A model generated the notes under the pieces. It made no database searches. It was not told the origin of the DNA and saw only the letters and a program-made list of their open reading frames with translations. Both the position numbers and the translations under genes were made by a program. Of a stretch of DNA of 64,000 nt, positions 18,455 to 28,154 are shown in pieces. The stretch's first letter is position 1; the number at the start of each line of letters is the position of its first letter. This stretch comes from Candidatus Latescibacterota bacterium (lineage in GTDB: Bacteria > Latescibacterota > UBA2968 > UBA8231), in NCBI GenBank assembly GCA_965203355.1, contig OZ241889.1, positions 2,496,001 through 2,560,000 of the forward strand. The letters run 5' to 3'.

Positions 18455-21400
18455 TGGCTATTTGGCTTCCTTTGATGCTCGCTGGCTTAGTGGTCGGCAG
18501 CCAGTTCGCGACCAATCCAGAGGATTTGGGCAAGCGCTTTGCGCGGGCGCAAAAGCTGCTGGCTACCGGCGACTTTGCCGGGGCACAGCGGATATACGAG
18601 GGCGTGTTAGCCGTGCAAGATGGGGTGCTGCTACACGCTTCGGCCGTGCGCTTGGAGGTGGATGAGCAAGTGGTGGGCGTGCAGGCGGCGGCACGCTACC
18701 AGTTGGCGAACATGGCGCGCAAGCAGGCGCAACTGTGGCGCGAAGAAGCGGCCTTGGCCGATTCGGCGGCGGCTGATTCGCTGGCCTTGCGGGCGGTCGC
18801 TTCTTTGCAGACCGCGGCCCGCCGCTTTGCCGCGCTGCGCGACGAGCCGGGTTTTGAACTGCGCGAGACCGCCGCGTATTTGGTGGTCGACTGCCTGTTT
18901 GAAGCCGAGGATTATGCCGGGGCGGCCAACGCTGGCGAGGTGTTGTTGCGTCTGTTTCCGCACAGCCGCTATGCCGGGCGGACGCGCTATACGCTTGGCT
19001 GGGCCTTTTTCCAGCTCAAAGAATACGAGCAAGCCGTAGCGGCCTTTCAGGAATATGTGCAGGACGCGCCCGCGGGGCTGCGGGCAGACCGGGCGCAGTT
19101 GCAGCGCGGCTTGGCTTTGAAAGCATTGGGCCGCTACGAGGATGCGCTGGCTGTTTTTGCGCGGTTGGCCGATGGGTACGATCCAGCCGGCATGGGCGAC
19201 GCCGAGAAGCGGGCGGTGGCTTTGGCTGGTTTGCGCGAGGGACAATCGCGCCGTTTGCTGGCGGCCAAGGCGTGGATCGAGCGCGGCGATGTGCTCAAGG
19301 AGTTAGAACGCTATGCCGAGGCACTGGCCGCGTACAAAAAGGTCAGCCGCGATTTTCCGCAGGAGTCCCAGTTGGCCGAAATGGCGTGGGTGCGGCAGGC
19401 CCTGTTGGCCGCGGTCGCGCACGGGGTGGACGCCAGTTTGGAAGTGTATCGCTATGCGGCCGAGCAGGCCGAGCGGCCGGCCTTCCGGGCGCGGATGCAG
19501 GCTGGGTTGATGAGCTTGCTGTTTGACGAGGGGCGTTACCGGGAGTCGCTGGCCGCGCATCGGCTCTATCTAAGCGCGTATGCCGAGTTTGCCGCGGCGG
19601 CCGGGGTGTCGGTCGAAGAGGCGGTGTTCCGCCAGGCCGAGTGTCTGCGGTTGCTGGGAGAAGAGAGCGCGGTCGCCGACAGTGCCGATGCGTGGTTTGC
19701 CGAGTCGCTGGCTCTGTACAGCACCGTGGAAAACTACTTGGCGGCTGAGGCCCGGTTTTGGCAGGGGACCATTCATCAGGCCCGCCGCGACTCGGCCGCG
19801 GCCTTGGCGCAGTTTGAGCAAGTAATGGCCGAAGAGGCCGCCCCGGAGTTGGCCTGCCGCGCTCTGTTGGAGATTGCCCGCCTGCGCCGCGAACAGAGCG
19901 ACGTGCTCTACGCCCAGATCTTGACCCAATGTGCCGACGAGGATGTGCGCGGATTGGCGGCTCTGGTGCTGGGCCGCCGCTATCGGCAGGCCGGGCGCGG
20001 CGAGGAAGCGCACCGCGTGCTGGAGTCCATCAGCCCGACCCAGCCTCAGTACGCATACGCGCAAATAGAGCTGGCGCAATGGTACGTTGATGCGGGAAAA
20101 GGCGATGAGGCGATAGCCCTGATTGCGCGGCAGATCGCCCAGACGCCGAATGCCGAACTTACCGCGCAGTTGGGGCTGTTGTATCAGGGGCGCGGCGAAC
20201 ACGAGCAGGCTCTGCTCCGGTTGCGCGAAGCCCTGCCGCAGTTGGCCGGGGCTACGGCGGCCGCGGCACAGGTGGGATTGGGCTGGAGCTTGTACAAGAC
20301 CGGGCAGTACGAAGCCGCGTGGGCGGCGCGGCAGACCGGCGCGTTGGTCGGCGACCAGCAGCGCACCCTGTTGCAGGCTATGAGCGCGTGTGCTCAAACC
20401 TTGAAGGATAACGGGCGCATGGAACGGGTCTATCGAGCGATGGTTGAAGAAGAGGAAACCCGCGTCGAGGGCTTGTTGGGGTTGGGGCAGTGGTATTTGG
20501 ATCAAGGGCAGGCCGCGCAGGCCGCGACTCAAGTACGGCCCTTGCTAGCGCACGCCGGCCGGGCGTGGCTGCTGTTGGGCCGGGCGTTGGTGGCCCAAGA
20601 CAGCTTGGCTGGGGCGCGGGCGGCCTTGGAAGATGGGCTGGCGCAGGTAGCAGACCCGGGGCAAGCGGCTGAATTCCATTTTGAGCTGGGCAGTGTGGCC
20701 TTGGGCATGCGCGACTACGAGGCCGCCGCCCGGGCGTTTAGTGCCGCCTTGGAGTTGGCCTCGCGCCGGGGGTTGCAGGCCACCGCTCTATTTTACTTGG
20801 GGCACAGTCGGCAAGCCCAAGGCCACAGGGCTGGGGCGCGTGCGGCTTTTGCGGAATTGATCGCGGAGTACTCGGATCAGCCGCAGGCATCCGAGGCCGC
20901 TTGGCTTATTGGCGAGCTGTACTACGAGGACGAGGAATACGAGCAGGCCCTTGCGTACTACGAGCGGGTCGTGGGCGACTGGCCGACTAGCAAAGACGCG
21001 CCCGAAGCCCTGTACGGGGCGGCTTGGTGCCAGTTGGAGCTGGAGCGGATCGAGCCGATGCGCGACCTGTTTTTGCGCTTGGTGCGCGAGTATCCCCAGC
21101 ACGAACGCGCCCATCAGGGGCTTATGCACGTCGGCGATTACTACTACAACGGCCACCAGTTCCTCAAGGCGTCGAGGCTCTACGAGCAAGTGGTGTCGCG
21201 TTTCCCGGAGACGGCCGAGGCCGTGCAAGCGCGCCAATTGCTGGCCCACTTAGCAGACGCGGAGGCCGATTCGCTCTATACCGAGGGCATGGCGCTCTAC
21301 GACGAGGGCGAATTTGAGCGCGCCATCGCCGTGTTGCAGGAAGTGATTGAGCGCTACCCGAACACGCCGAGTGAAGCGGCGGCGCGCTGCAACATCGGGG

Positions 21401-21558
21401 TTTCTTATTACCAGCGGGACAATTGGCGCATGGCCGCGCTAGCCTACGAGGAAGCGGTCGCGGCCTTAGAGGGCAGGAAGGAAGAATGGCGCGCCTTGGA
21501 GTTTGCCCGCAGCAATCGAGCGCTGATTGGTCGCATGTACTTGGGGGAGACGCAATAA
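18454..21558 (+). CDS. Large exported tetratricopeptide-repeat protein
   Basis: Many TPR units, e.g. RYTLGWAFFQLKEYEQAVAAFQEY and ARCNIGVSYYQRDNW. Translationally coupled (TAATG). Confidence 0.88.
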   Translation: MAIWLPLMLAGLVVGSQFATNPEDLGKRFARAQKLLATGDFAGAQRIYEGVLAVQDGVLLHASAVRLEVDEQVVGVQAAARYQLANMARKQAQLWREEAALADSAAADSLALRAVASLQTAARRFAALRDEPGFELRETAAYLVVDCLFEAEDYAGAANAGEVLLRLFPHSRYAGRTRYTLGWAFFQLKEYEQAVAAFQEYVQDAPAGLRADRAQLQRGLALKALGRYEDALAVFARLADGYDPAGMGDAEKRAVALAGLREGQSRRLLAAKAWIERGDVLKELERYAEALAAYKKVSRDFPQESQLAEMAWVRQALLAAVAHGVDASLEVYRYAAEQAERPAFRARMQAGLMSLLFDEGRYRESLAAHRLYLSAYAEFAAAAGVSVEEAVFRQAECLRLLGEESAVADSADAWFAESLALYSTVENYLAAEARFWQGTIHQARRDSAAALAQFEQVMAEEAAPELACRALLEIARLRREQSDVLYAQILTQCADEDVRGLAALVLGRRYRQAGRGEEAHRVLESISPTQPQYAYAQIELAQWYVDAGKGDEAIALIARQIAQTPNAELTAQLGLLYQGRGEHEQALLRLREALPQLAGATAAAAQVGLGWSLYKTGQYEAAWAARQTGALVGDQQRTLLQAMSACAQTLKDNGRMERVYRAMVEEEETRVEGLLGLGQWYLDQGQAAQAATQVRPLLAHAGRAWLLLGRALVAQDSLAGARAALEDGLAQVADPGQAAEFHFELGSVALGMRDYEAAARAFSAALELASRRGLQATALFYLGHSRQAQGHRAGARAAFAELIAEYSDQPQASEAAWLIGELYYEDEEYEQALAYYERVVGDWPTSKDAPEALYGAAWCQLELERIEPMRDLFLRLVREYPQHERAHQGLMHVGDYYYNGHQFLKASRLYEQVVSRFPETAEAVQARQLLAHLADAEADSLYTEGMALYDEGEFERAIAVLQEVIERYPNTPSEAAARCNIGVSYYQRDNWRMAALAYEEAVAALEGRKEEWRALEFARSNRALIGRMYLGETQ

Positions 21559-21610
21559 AATGGACCGGCGCATCTTTCTCGTCACATGCCCAGGGGTCGC
21601 TCGGTGGATA

Positions 21611-22372
21611 ATGGCTATACTGCGATGGAGCCTACCTGCGCTGCTGGTGGTGGCCGGCTGCATTCGGTTTCCGCCGGATTTGCGCTACGCGCTGCGCGTT
21701 GTGCCGCAGGAGGCCCTGCTAGCGGAGGGGCACTATTATTTCGACGCCGAGGATAGTACCGCGGTCTTTGAGCAAGAGGGGTTCCGCCTCAAGCTGCGCT
21801 ACCTAAGCGATCAGGCCCTAAATCGAGAATACGCCCGCTTTACCTTCCGCGCGCCGAATCTGAATCCCTTTACCTATGGGGAGGACCGCGACTTAGATCG
21901 GGGCTATTCGCCGCGTTTTACCGTTTTTGCGATGACGGTGGTCAATCAGAGCTATCCCAAGGTGATGGTCGATCCGGCGAAGATGGTATTGCATACCGAC
22001 CGGGGCGGCGAATACCGCTACTGGGGGGTGCTCAGGCGCGATGCCGACAATAGTTTTGAGCGTTATTACATGGAGCGGCGCGGCAAGGGTGGCAATGAAG
22101 ACTACTACTATCAGGAACGCATGGGTTTGGTGCGAGAGGCGTTGTTCAGGCGGCAGACTTTTGTGTTTAAGGGGGACGCTTATACTGGCAAGGTGGTCTT
22201 TGTGCCGCTGCACGCCGCGGTGCGCGCGATCACCGTCCATATCGAGGATATTGTCTTGCGAGTGGATGCCTTTGACCGGCCCAAAGAAGTGACGAGTGCT
22301 GCGTTTGCGTTTTCGGTGACGCACGAGATCGCCCCAGCGCCGCCCGCCGAGGAGGCCGCACTTCAGCCGTGA
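21611..22372 (+). CDS. Putative lipoprotein of unknown function
   Basis: MAILRWSLPALLVVAGC gives a lipobox if the start is the ATG at 21611. Confidence 0.7.
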   Translation: MAILRWSLPALLVVAGCIRFPPDLRYALRVVPQEALLAEGHYYFDAEDSTAVFEQEGFRLKLRYLSDQALNREYARFTFRAPNLNPFTYGEDRDLDRGYSPRFTVFAMTVVNQSYPKVMVDPAKMVLHTDRGGEYRYWGVLRRDADNSFERYYMERRGKGGNEDYYYQERMGLVREALFRRQTFVFKGDAYTGKVVFVPLHAAVRAITVHIEDIVLRVDAFDRPKEVTSAAFAFSVTHEIAPAPPAEEAALQP

Positions 22373-22424
22373 ACGCGATTCGCGCAAAGACGGCGAAGCT
22401 ATCTTGAGAAAAGGACGGGAGCCG

Positions 22425-23774
22425 ATGAAACGGCCGTGGAAAGTTCCGTTCCGCAAAAATAGAAAGCTGCAAGCCTGCTTGGCGTTGTCGCTGGCCTTGC
22501 ATCTGCTGGTGATTTTCGGCGTCGCGCACCGCGAACGGGTCACTCAATTTCCCGTCCTCCCGCCGATCATGGTGGAGTTTGCCAAACGGCCGCCGCCGCA
22601 GCGCAGCCTCGCGCGCCGTCAACGGCCTATGCAGCGTCCCTTAGTGCGCCGCCCGGCACTCCAAGCGGCCCCGGTCGCCGCGGTGAGACCCGCCCCTACG
22701 GCGTCGCGTCCACTGCCGGCGTTCAAGACCTCGGATCTGCGGTTGCCGTCGGCGTCGCTACCGGAGCGGCTGGTAATGCCGGTGCCGGATTTCCCGGCTC
22801 GGCACATTGGGCCGCAGATGCGCGCTGGCGCACTCGAAGGGACGCGGCAGGGCGCGGATGAGATTGACTTGGGCTTGGAACTGATGGATGTGCAGGCACT
22901 GGACACGGGTCGGCACCGGGCGATGGTAGTGGTCGATCCGCAAGACCGGCGCAACCTCAAGGGGTTCTTCTATATGTCCGGCGTCAACAGCCTCTCCATT
23001 GAACGGGCTGAAGAGAGTCAACGGGCTGAAAACATACAGGTGCGCTGGTATCACCAGATGCCGCGCCGTCTGGCGGAACGGCGGATGCTGCAAGGGCTGG
23101 CCGATAAGATGACCGCCAAGACGCAGGTCCACGTGGAAGTGCGCGACGCGGTTCGGCTCGACGATCCGCAGCTTTTGCAAGTCCCCTTCGTGCTCATGAC
23201 CGTTGATACCCCCTTTGAGTTTACCGACAGCGAGGCGGCTAATTTGGGCGCGTATTTGACCGGCGGTGGCTTCCTGTTTGCGGATATTAGCCGCATTTTT
23301 TCGTGGCCCGAGTACAACGACGAAGAGCTGGACATTCCGGCGATGCGCGCCCTCATTCGCACTGGCTTCCAAGCGGTGGGCTATCAAGAATGGAAGGACT
23401 GGCAGTTTAAGCGCCTAGCGATAAGCCATCCGATCTATCATTGCTTTTACGATGTCAACAGCTTGCCGCGTGGGATGCGCGACATGCACTTTATCTCTAG
23501 CGGACAGGACTACCCGCCGCGCACGCCGGACTATTTGGAGGGCATCGTGGTCGGGGAGGATTTGGTGGGGGTGTATTCGATGCGCGGCTACGCCGATTTT
23601 TGGGCGGGCATCGGTCGGGAAACGCTGGATTGGTCTGTGGCCAATAATGCGATCAACCACTCGTCGCTCTACAGTGCCGAGGAGCCGTTGGTGTACAATT
23701 TGGGCGTCAATCTCGTGGTGTATGCGTTGACGCGCGAAGGATCATTGGCCCGGCAATTAGTCGATGCGGATTGA
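22425..23774 (+). CDS. DUF4159-like domain protein with a TonB-like membrane anchor and Pro-rich linker
   Basis: N-terminal LALSLALHLL (SxxxH). EAANLGAYLTGGGFLFAD, HPIYHCFYD and LGVNLVVYALT are typical of DUF4159. Confidence 0.75.
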   Translation: MKRPWKVPFRKNRKLQACLALSLALHLLVIFGVAHRERVTQFPVLPPIMVEFAKRPPPQRSLARRQRPMQRPLVRRPALQAAPVAAVRPAPTASRPLPAFKTSDLRLPSASLPERLVMPVPDFPARHIGPQMRAGALEGTRQGADEIDLGLELMDVQALDTGRHRAMVVVDPQDRRNLKGFFYMSGVNSLSIERAEESQRAENIQVRWYHQMPRRLAERRMLQGLADKMTAKTQVHVEVRDAVRLDDPQLLQVPFVLMTVDTPFEFTDSEAANLGAYLTGGGFLFADISRIFSWPEYNDEELDIPAMRALIRTGFQAVGYQEWKDWQFKRLAISHPIYHCFYDVNSLPRGMRDMHFISSGQDYPPRTPDYLEGIVVGEDLVGVYSMRGYADFWAGIGRETLDWSVANNAINHSSLYSAEEPLVYNLGVNLVVYALTREGSLARQLVDAD

Positions 23775-24678
23775 AGATTCCACGCTTGAGGAGCGCAAAA
23801 TTTTCGCCCTGCCAACAGACAAGCTGACGCCGCGCACGGCCGACGAATGCTTCGTCGCGTTTCTCGACTACGCGCACGGCGCGGTGCCCGGGCAGCCCTT
23901 GGAGGTCGATCTGCGTCCCCTGCACTTCATTGATCCCTACGGCTTGGTGGCCTTGTGCTTGATGGCGCGCTACGGGGACTCGCTCTCGTCGCGGGTCGTT
24001 TTTCACCTGCCGCACGCCTTTGCCTTGCGGACCTATCTGGGACGGGTGCGGTTTGCCGCGGCCGTGGACGGGGTTGAACTGGCCGGGCCGACCCTCATCG
24101 TGGATCAGGAGCGGGAAAAGGAAGCAAGCGAGGCCCTGCTGGAAATCACGCGGATTGAGGAGCGGGCGGATATTGAGACCGTGTTGGGCAAAATAGGCCA
24201 GCGCGTCGAGGCGATTCTAGCCGAAGAGTTGCGCTACACCGAGGTGGAGATCAACCAGTTCAAAAACGTCGTTGCCGAGCTGTGTCACAACATTCTCGAC
24301 CACAGCGAAAATTGGGGCTATCTGACGGCCCAGCGCTACTTGGACTCGCGGGTGGGAAAAAAATACGTGGTCATCGGCGTGGGGGACCTCGGTATCGGAA
24401 TCAAGAAGAGCCTGTCGGTGCGCTACGATGCGGCGGATTGGTCGCACGGCACGGCCATACTGAATTCGCTACAGAAGCACTTTTCCCGCGACGCCACGCG
24501 CGGCCTCGGGCTGTATATCGTCAACCAGATTTGCAATCGCTACAACGGCTCGTTGCACATCCGCTCGGGGGACACGCGGGTCTACATTCGCGGCCAGCGG
24601 CACTGGGAACACACTTCGGTCCACTTCCCCGGCACCCAAATCGCCATTGCGCTCCATCAGCGCGAAGGAGGCGAGTAA
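23764..24678 (+). CDS. GHKL/HATPase_c ATP-binding protein with STAS-like N-terminus
   Basis: N-box ELCHNILDHS, G1 DLGIGI and G2 RGLGL. N-terminal VDLRPLHFIDPYG is STAS-like. Confidence 0.8.
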   Translation: MRIEDSTLEERKIFALPTDKLTPRTADECFVAFLDYAHGAVPGQPLEVDLRPLHFIDPYGLVALCLMARYGDSLSSRVVFHLPHAFALRTYLGRVRFAAAVDGVELAGPTLIVDQEREKEASEALLEITRIEERADIETVLGKIGQRVEAILAEELRYTEVEINQFKNVVAELCHNILDHSENWGYLTAQRYLDSRVGKKYVVIGVGDLGIGIKKSLSVRYDAADWSHGTAILNSLQKHFSRDATRGLGLYIVNQICNRYNGSLHIRSGDTRVYIRGQRHWEHTSVHFPGTQIAIALHQREGGE

Positions 24679-24681
24679 GCG

Positions 24682-24816
24682 ATGTTCGGCCAGCATCACA
24701 AGCCCCCCAAACCGCCCCCCTACGAGCCGTGGTTGCTGTTGCTGCTGGCCGTGGTCATCGCCGGCCTCGGCGTGGCCGCATACGTAGCCGCTAGCATTTT
24801 ATTTCCTAGCCGCTAG
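24682..24816 (+). CDS. Small single-pass membrane protein (44 aa), below the ORF-track cutoff
   Basis: MFGQHHKPPKPPPYEPWLLLLLAVVIAGLGVAAYVAASILFPSR. The ATG is 3 nt after the previous stop, with GGAGG upstream. Confidence 0.6.
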   Translation: MFGQHHKPPKPPPYEPWLLLLLAVVIAGLGVAAYVAASILFPSR

Positions 24817-24873
24817 CCCCATCATATTGGTATCTAGCGTATTCCGCATGGCTCATTTTGTGGTAGAAATTGC

Positions 24874-24902
24874 TTGACAGTCGGGAAATATCCGCCTAAG
24901 TT
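24874..24902 (+). promoter_or_regulatory. Sigma70-type promoter
   Basis: TTGACA-17 bp-TAAGTT in an AT-rich gap upstream of the wHTH/SH3/nurA/herA run. Confidence 0.65.
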
Positions 24903-24951
24903 TCCTTAATTGAATACAGTTAAGCTATTTTTAACAGGAAAGGCGCGGCTT

Positions 24952-25542
24952 ATGGATTCAGCCGTTGAAGAGCGCGTACAGCAGCAGGCCATACACCAAG
25001 CTCCCGCATACCTGTTTTCCGGCCAACAGGGCATCCTCAGCGGGCGGCCCCGCGGGGCCGAGTTGCTTGAAGAATTGATGCAGTACCTGCTCAGCGGTCC
25101 AACCGACGCGGCCACGCCGCTCGACTTCTCCCGCGTTTCGTTCATGGATGTCTCGTGCGCCGACGAGATGCTCAACAAGCTGCTCTTGCGCCTGACCAGT
25201 GGCGAGATAGGGCACCGCTACGTGTACATCGCCGGGGCCAATATCTCGGTGCGCGAGACCATTGCGGCTGTGTTGCAGCTTCGCGAGTTGGCCGCACTGT
25301 ACAAAGACGGCGCGCGCGTCGAGGTGCTTGGGGTGCTCAAGACGCCGATGCGCGAGGCACTCGACGTGCTGCTAGCGCATAAGTGCGCGACCTCGGCCGA
25401 GATCGCCGACGCGCTCGGCAAAAACATCAACATCGTCTGCAATCGCCTCAACGCCTTGCAACGCCTCGGCTTGGTGTGCCGCCTGCGCGATGGGTCGGTC
25501 GCCGGCGGGGGGAGGCAATTCTACTATGTCTCGATTGTCTAA
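24952..25542 (+). CDS. STAS-like plus winged-HTH protein
   Basis: LDFSRVSFMDVSCADE is STAS-like. TSAEIADALGKNINIVCNRLNALQRLGLV is a wHTH. RBS AGGAAAGG precedes ATG 24952. Confidence 0.7.
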   Translation: MDSAVEERVQQQAIHQAPAYLFSGQQGILSGRPRGAELLEELMQYLLSGPTDAATPLDFSRVSFMDVSCADEMLNKLLLRLTSGEIGHRYVYIAGANISVRETIAAVLQLRELAALYKDGARVEVLGVLKTPMREALDVLLAHKCATSAEIADALGKNINIVCNRLNALQRLGLVCRLRDGSVAGGGRQFYYVSIV

Positions 25543-26197
25543 GTACGCCCTAGGAGCGGCCTTAGCGGTCGCCTTGGCCTTGGGGGGGGTGGCCGCCAAG
25601 CTGCGCAGCGCCGCCACCTTTGTCGTCGAGGCCAGCGTGGAAAACTTTCGCGCCGCGCCCAACGGCACCAAGCTAGGCACGTTGCTGGCTGGCACGGAGG
25701 TCGAGTCTATCGGCGAGGAGGGCCAATGGGTGCGCTTCCGCGTCGAAGGCTGGGTTTGGGGGCCTTCCTTGGCAGGTTATGGCTCCGAGGATGGCCGCGC
25801 CGCGCCCGAGGAAGAGCCGATCCCACCGCTGCAAGACGAGCGGCCCCGGATCAAAGAACTGGTCAACGACCGCTATGGGGTGTTCTACGGGGTTGGGTTG
25901 GCCGAGGATGTCGGCCGGCTGTGGCTGCGGTTTCGCGTCCGCGACCTCGAGCGCGAGGCGTGGGAGCGGCGCGTCTTTGCCGTGCAACGCGGCGCGGCCG
26001 AGCTATTGCAGGGCCGCGTCGAGTTCCGCGAAATCCGCGTTGAGACCAACCGACCCGACGGCCGCGGCGAGGTGGGCCAATACATGGCCGCGATAGCGGC
26101 CGCCGACTTAGCTAGTGCCGGCGACGATTGGGCGTTGTGGCGGCAGCACGTGCGCTTTTCGATGGATGGGGGCAAAACGTGGGAAGAGGCCGAATAA
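25526..26197 (+). CDS. Exported protein with a bacterial SH3-like domain
   Basis: Signal or TM segment, then ENFRAAPNGTKLGTL..GQWVRFRVEGWVW. Confidence 0.65.
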   Translation: MSRLSKYALGAALAVALALGGVAAKLRSAATFVVEASVENFRAAPNGTKLGTLLAGTEVESIGEEGQWVRFRVEGWVWGPSLAGYGSEDGRAAPEEEPIPPLQDERPRIKELVNDRYGVFYGVGLAEDVGRLWLRFRVRDLEREAWERRVFAVQRGAAELLQGRVEFREIRVETNRPDGRGEVGQYMAAIAAADLASAGDDWALWRQHVRFSMDGGKTWEEAE

Positions 26198-27484
26198 ATG
26201 CGCGCCGCACGCCGGGGCCGATCCAGAGCGGGTCGCAAGGCTAATGCCATGTTGGATCTGTACGCGGTAAAGACCCAAATAGACAGCATGGTGGCCGACG
26301 AGCGCCGCGTCCAAGAGGACTTTCGCTCCAAGCTCGAATTGGCCTTGGCCGAATACCGGCGCTGGCTTCCCGAATGGGAGCGCTTAGCCCGCAAGATCGA
26401 CGAGAGCCGCACCTCTTGGCTGTTGCCCGGCTTGGACGAGGGCTTTGGTGGTGGGATCGACGCGCCCGCCCGCCCGAGCACCATCAGCATCGCCGCCACG
26501 GATGGCTCGCAAATTTTTCCCGACCGCCACGAGATCTCGGCCTGTTTTCTGATCAATATCGGCTACATCCTGCTGCACTATGGCACGGGCGAGAAGCCGC
26601 TGATGAGCAGCAAGCCGTGGCTCTACTACCGGGAGGAGGAAGTTTACGAGGAATGGGGCGGCGCCCGGGTTTTTGTCAATCGCGAGCTCGTGGGCTTCAA
26701 GCGCGGTCTCATGGAGTTCACTGAGTTGGCCGACTTGGCGTTGGCCGCCCACGCCGAGGGGCATCGGACGCTGGCGCTCGCCGATGGTACGCTGATTCTA
26801 TGGAACTTGGAGGGCAAGCCGCAGGACTTCCGCGCCATGCACCTAGCGGCCACGATCGCGGCGATGGACGGGTTGCGCGAGGCGCGGGTGCCGGTGGCTG
26901 GCTACATTAGCCAGCCGGGGAGCCAAGAATTGATCAATGCCCTCAAGCTGGGCCTGTGCCCGCTTGCCGCGGCCAACTGCGACCGCTGCCCCTATCAGGA
27001 AGAAAACCAACTTCACTACACCCGCGAGGAGATCGACGCCTTGAACGGGGATTTGTGGCAGGGCCGCGGCTTGCCGTGCAGTCCCCTTGAGGGGCTCAAC
27101 GACGCGGTCTTGGTGCGGCGAGTGCTGCGCCCCGGGCAGCGCACCCCGCTCTACCGCAGCGCATCCAAAATCCTCGCCGAGTACGGGCCGCATCGCATCT
27201 ACTACTTTTACCTGCACGTAGGAACCGAGATCGGCCGGGTCGAAGTGCCGGAATGGGTGGCGACCGACCGCGAGTTGCTCGGCTTGGTCCACGCCTGTTT
27301 GTGCGACCAAGCCGAAAAGGGCCAGGGCTATCCGGTCGCCTTGGCCGAGGCACACGAGCGCGCTGTGGTGCGCAGCGCCGACCGCGAGGCGTTCTATCGC
27401 TTTTTGCGCGACACCTTTGTCAAAAACGACCTGCAAACCCGCTTGTCAACCAAGAGTTTCAAGAAGCGCCATATTGGCATTTAG
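26198..27484 (+). CDS. nurA: DNA double-strand break repair nuclease NurA
   Basis: AATDGSQI, LADGTL and GYPVALAEAHERAVV. Adjacent to HAS-barrel and HerA genes. The start could be ATG 26249. Confidence 0.88.
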   Translation: MRAARRGRSRAGRKANAMLDLYAVKTQIDSMVADERRVQEDFRSKLELALAEYRRWLPEWERLARKIDESRTSWLLPGLDEGFGGGIDAPARPSTISIAATDGSQIFPDRHEISACFLINIGYILLHYGTGEKPLMSSKPWLYYREEEVYEEWGGARVFVNRELVGFKRGLMEFTELADLALAAHAEGHRTLALADGTLILWNLEGKPQDFRAMHLAATIAAMDGLREARVPVAGYISQPGSQELINALKLGLCPLAAANCDRCPYQEENQLHYTREEIDALNGDLWQGRGLPCSPLEGLNDAVLVRRVLRPGQRTPLYRSASKILAEYGPHRIYYFYLHVGTEIGRVEVPEWVATDRELLGLVHACLCDQAEKGQGYPVALAEAHERAVVRSADREAFYRFLRDTFVKNDLQTRLSTKSFKKRHIGI

Positions 27485-27495
27485 GGAGGCCCATT

Positions 27496-28152
27496 GTGGA
27501 GACCATCAAAGCGCGCGAGCGCAGCCCGTTGAGCCGCTTCCGGCCTGAGTCCCTGCCGCTGCCTAGCGACGCCGAAGACGAGCGGACCCACGTGGGGGAA
27601 GTGGTCGAGAGCAGCACCACCGAGTTGATCGCCCAAGCGCGCGCGCTGCACGGTGCCCCCTCCTTTGGCCAGCTCGTGCGCGTGGAAGCCGCCATGCCGG
27701 TGGTCGGCATTGTATTCAATGTTTTTACGCACTCCATTGAGCCGAACCGCCGGCCCACGGCCTACGGCAAGACCGAAGAGGAACTGCGCCTAGAGCAGCC
27801 GCAAATTTTCGAACTGTTGCGCACCGAGTTCCAAGCCCTCGTCATCGGCTACTTGGACGGCGATGAGGCCGTGCAAATTTTGCCGCCCCAGCCGGCGCAC
27901 ATTCACAGTTTTGTGTACTTGTGCTCAGACGAGCAAGTGCGGGCCTTCACGCGCACTGACGACTATCTGCGCAGCATTCTCAACACGGCCAAAATACCCA
28001 CTGACGAGCTGGTGGTCGCGGTGTTGCGCCACACGGTGCGCGCCCATGCACACGCGCCGTCCTATCTGGTGCAGATGGGCAAGGAGTTGTCGCGACTGCT
28101 CAGCGACGATTACGATCGGCTCAGCTCGATTATCCGCCGGGTGGTCAACTAA
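27496..28152 (+). CDS. Stand-alone HAS-barrel domain protein
   Basis: GEVVESSTTEL..PSFGQLV..PPQPAHIHSFVY. Lies between nurA and herA. GTG start after GGGAGG. Confidence 0.75.
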   Translation: METIKARERSPLSRFRPESLPLPSDAEDERTHVGEVVESSTTELIAQARALHGAPSFGQLVRVEAAMPVVGIVFNVFTHSIEPNRRPTAYGKTEEELRLEQPQIFELLRTEFQALVIGYLDGDEAVQILPPQPAHIHSFVYLCSDEQVRAFTRTDDYLRSILNTAKIPTDELVVAVLRHTVRAHAHAPSYLVQMGKELSRLLSDDYDRLSSIIRRVVN

Positions 28153-28154
28153 CC

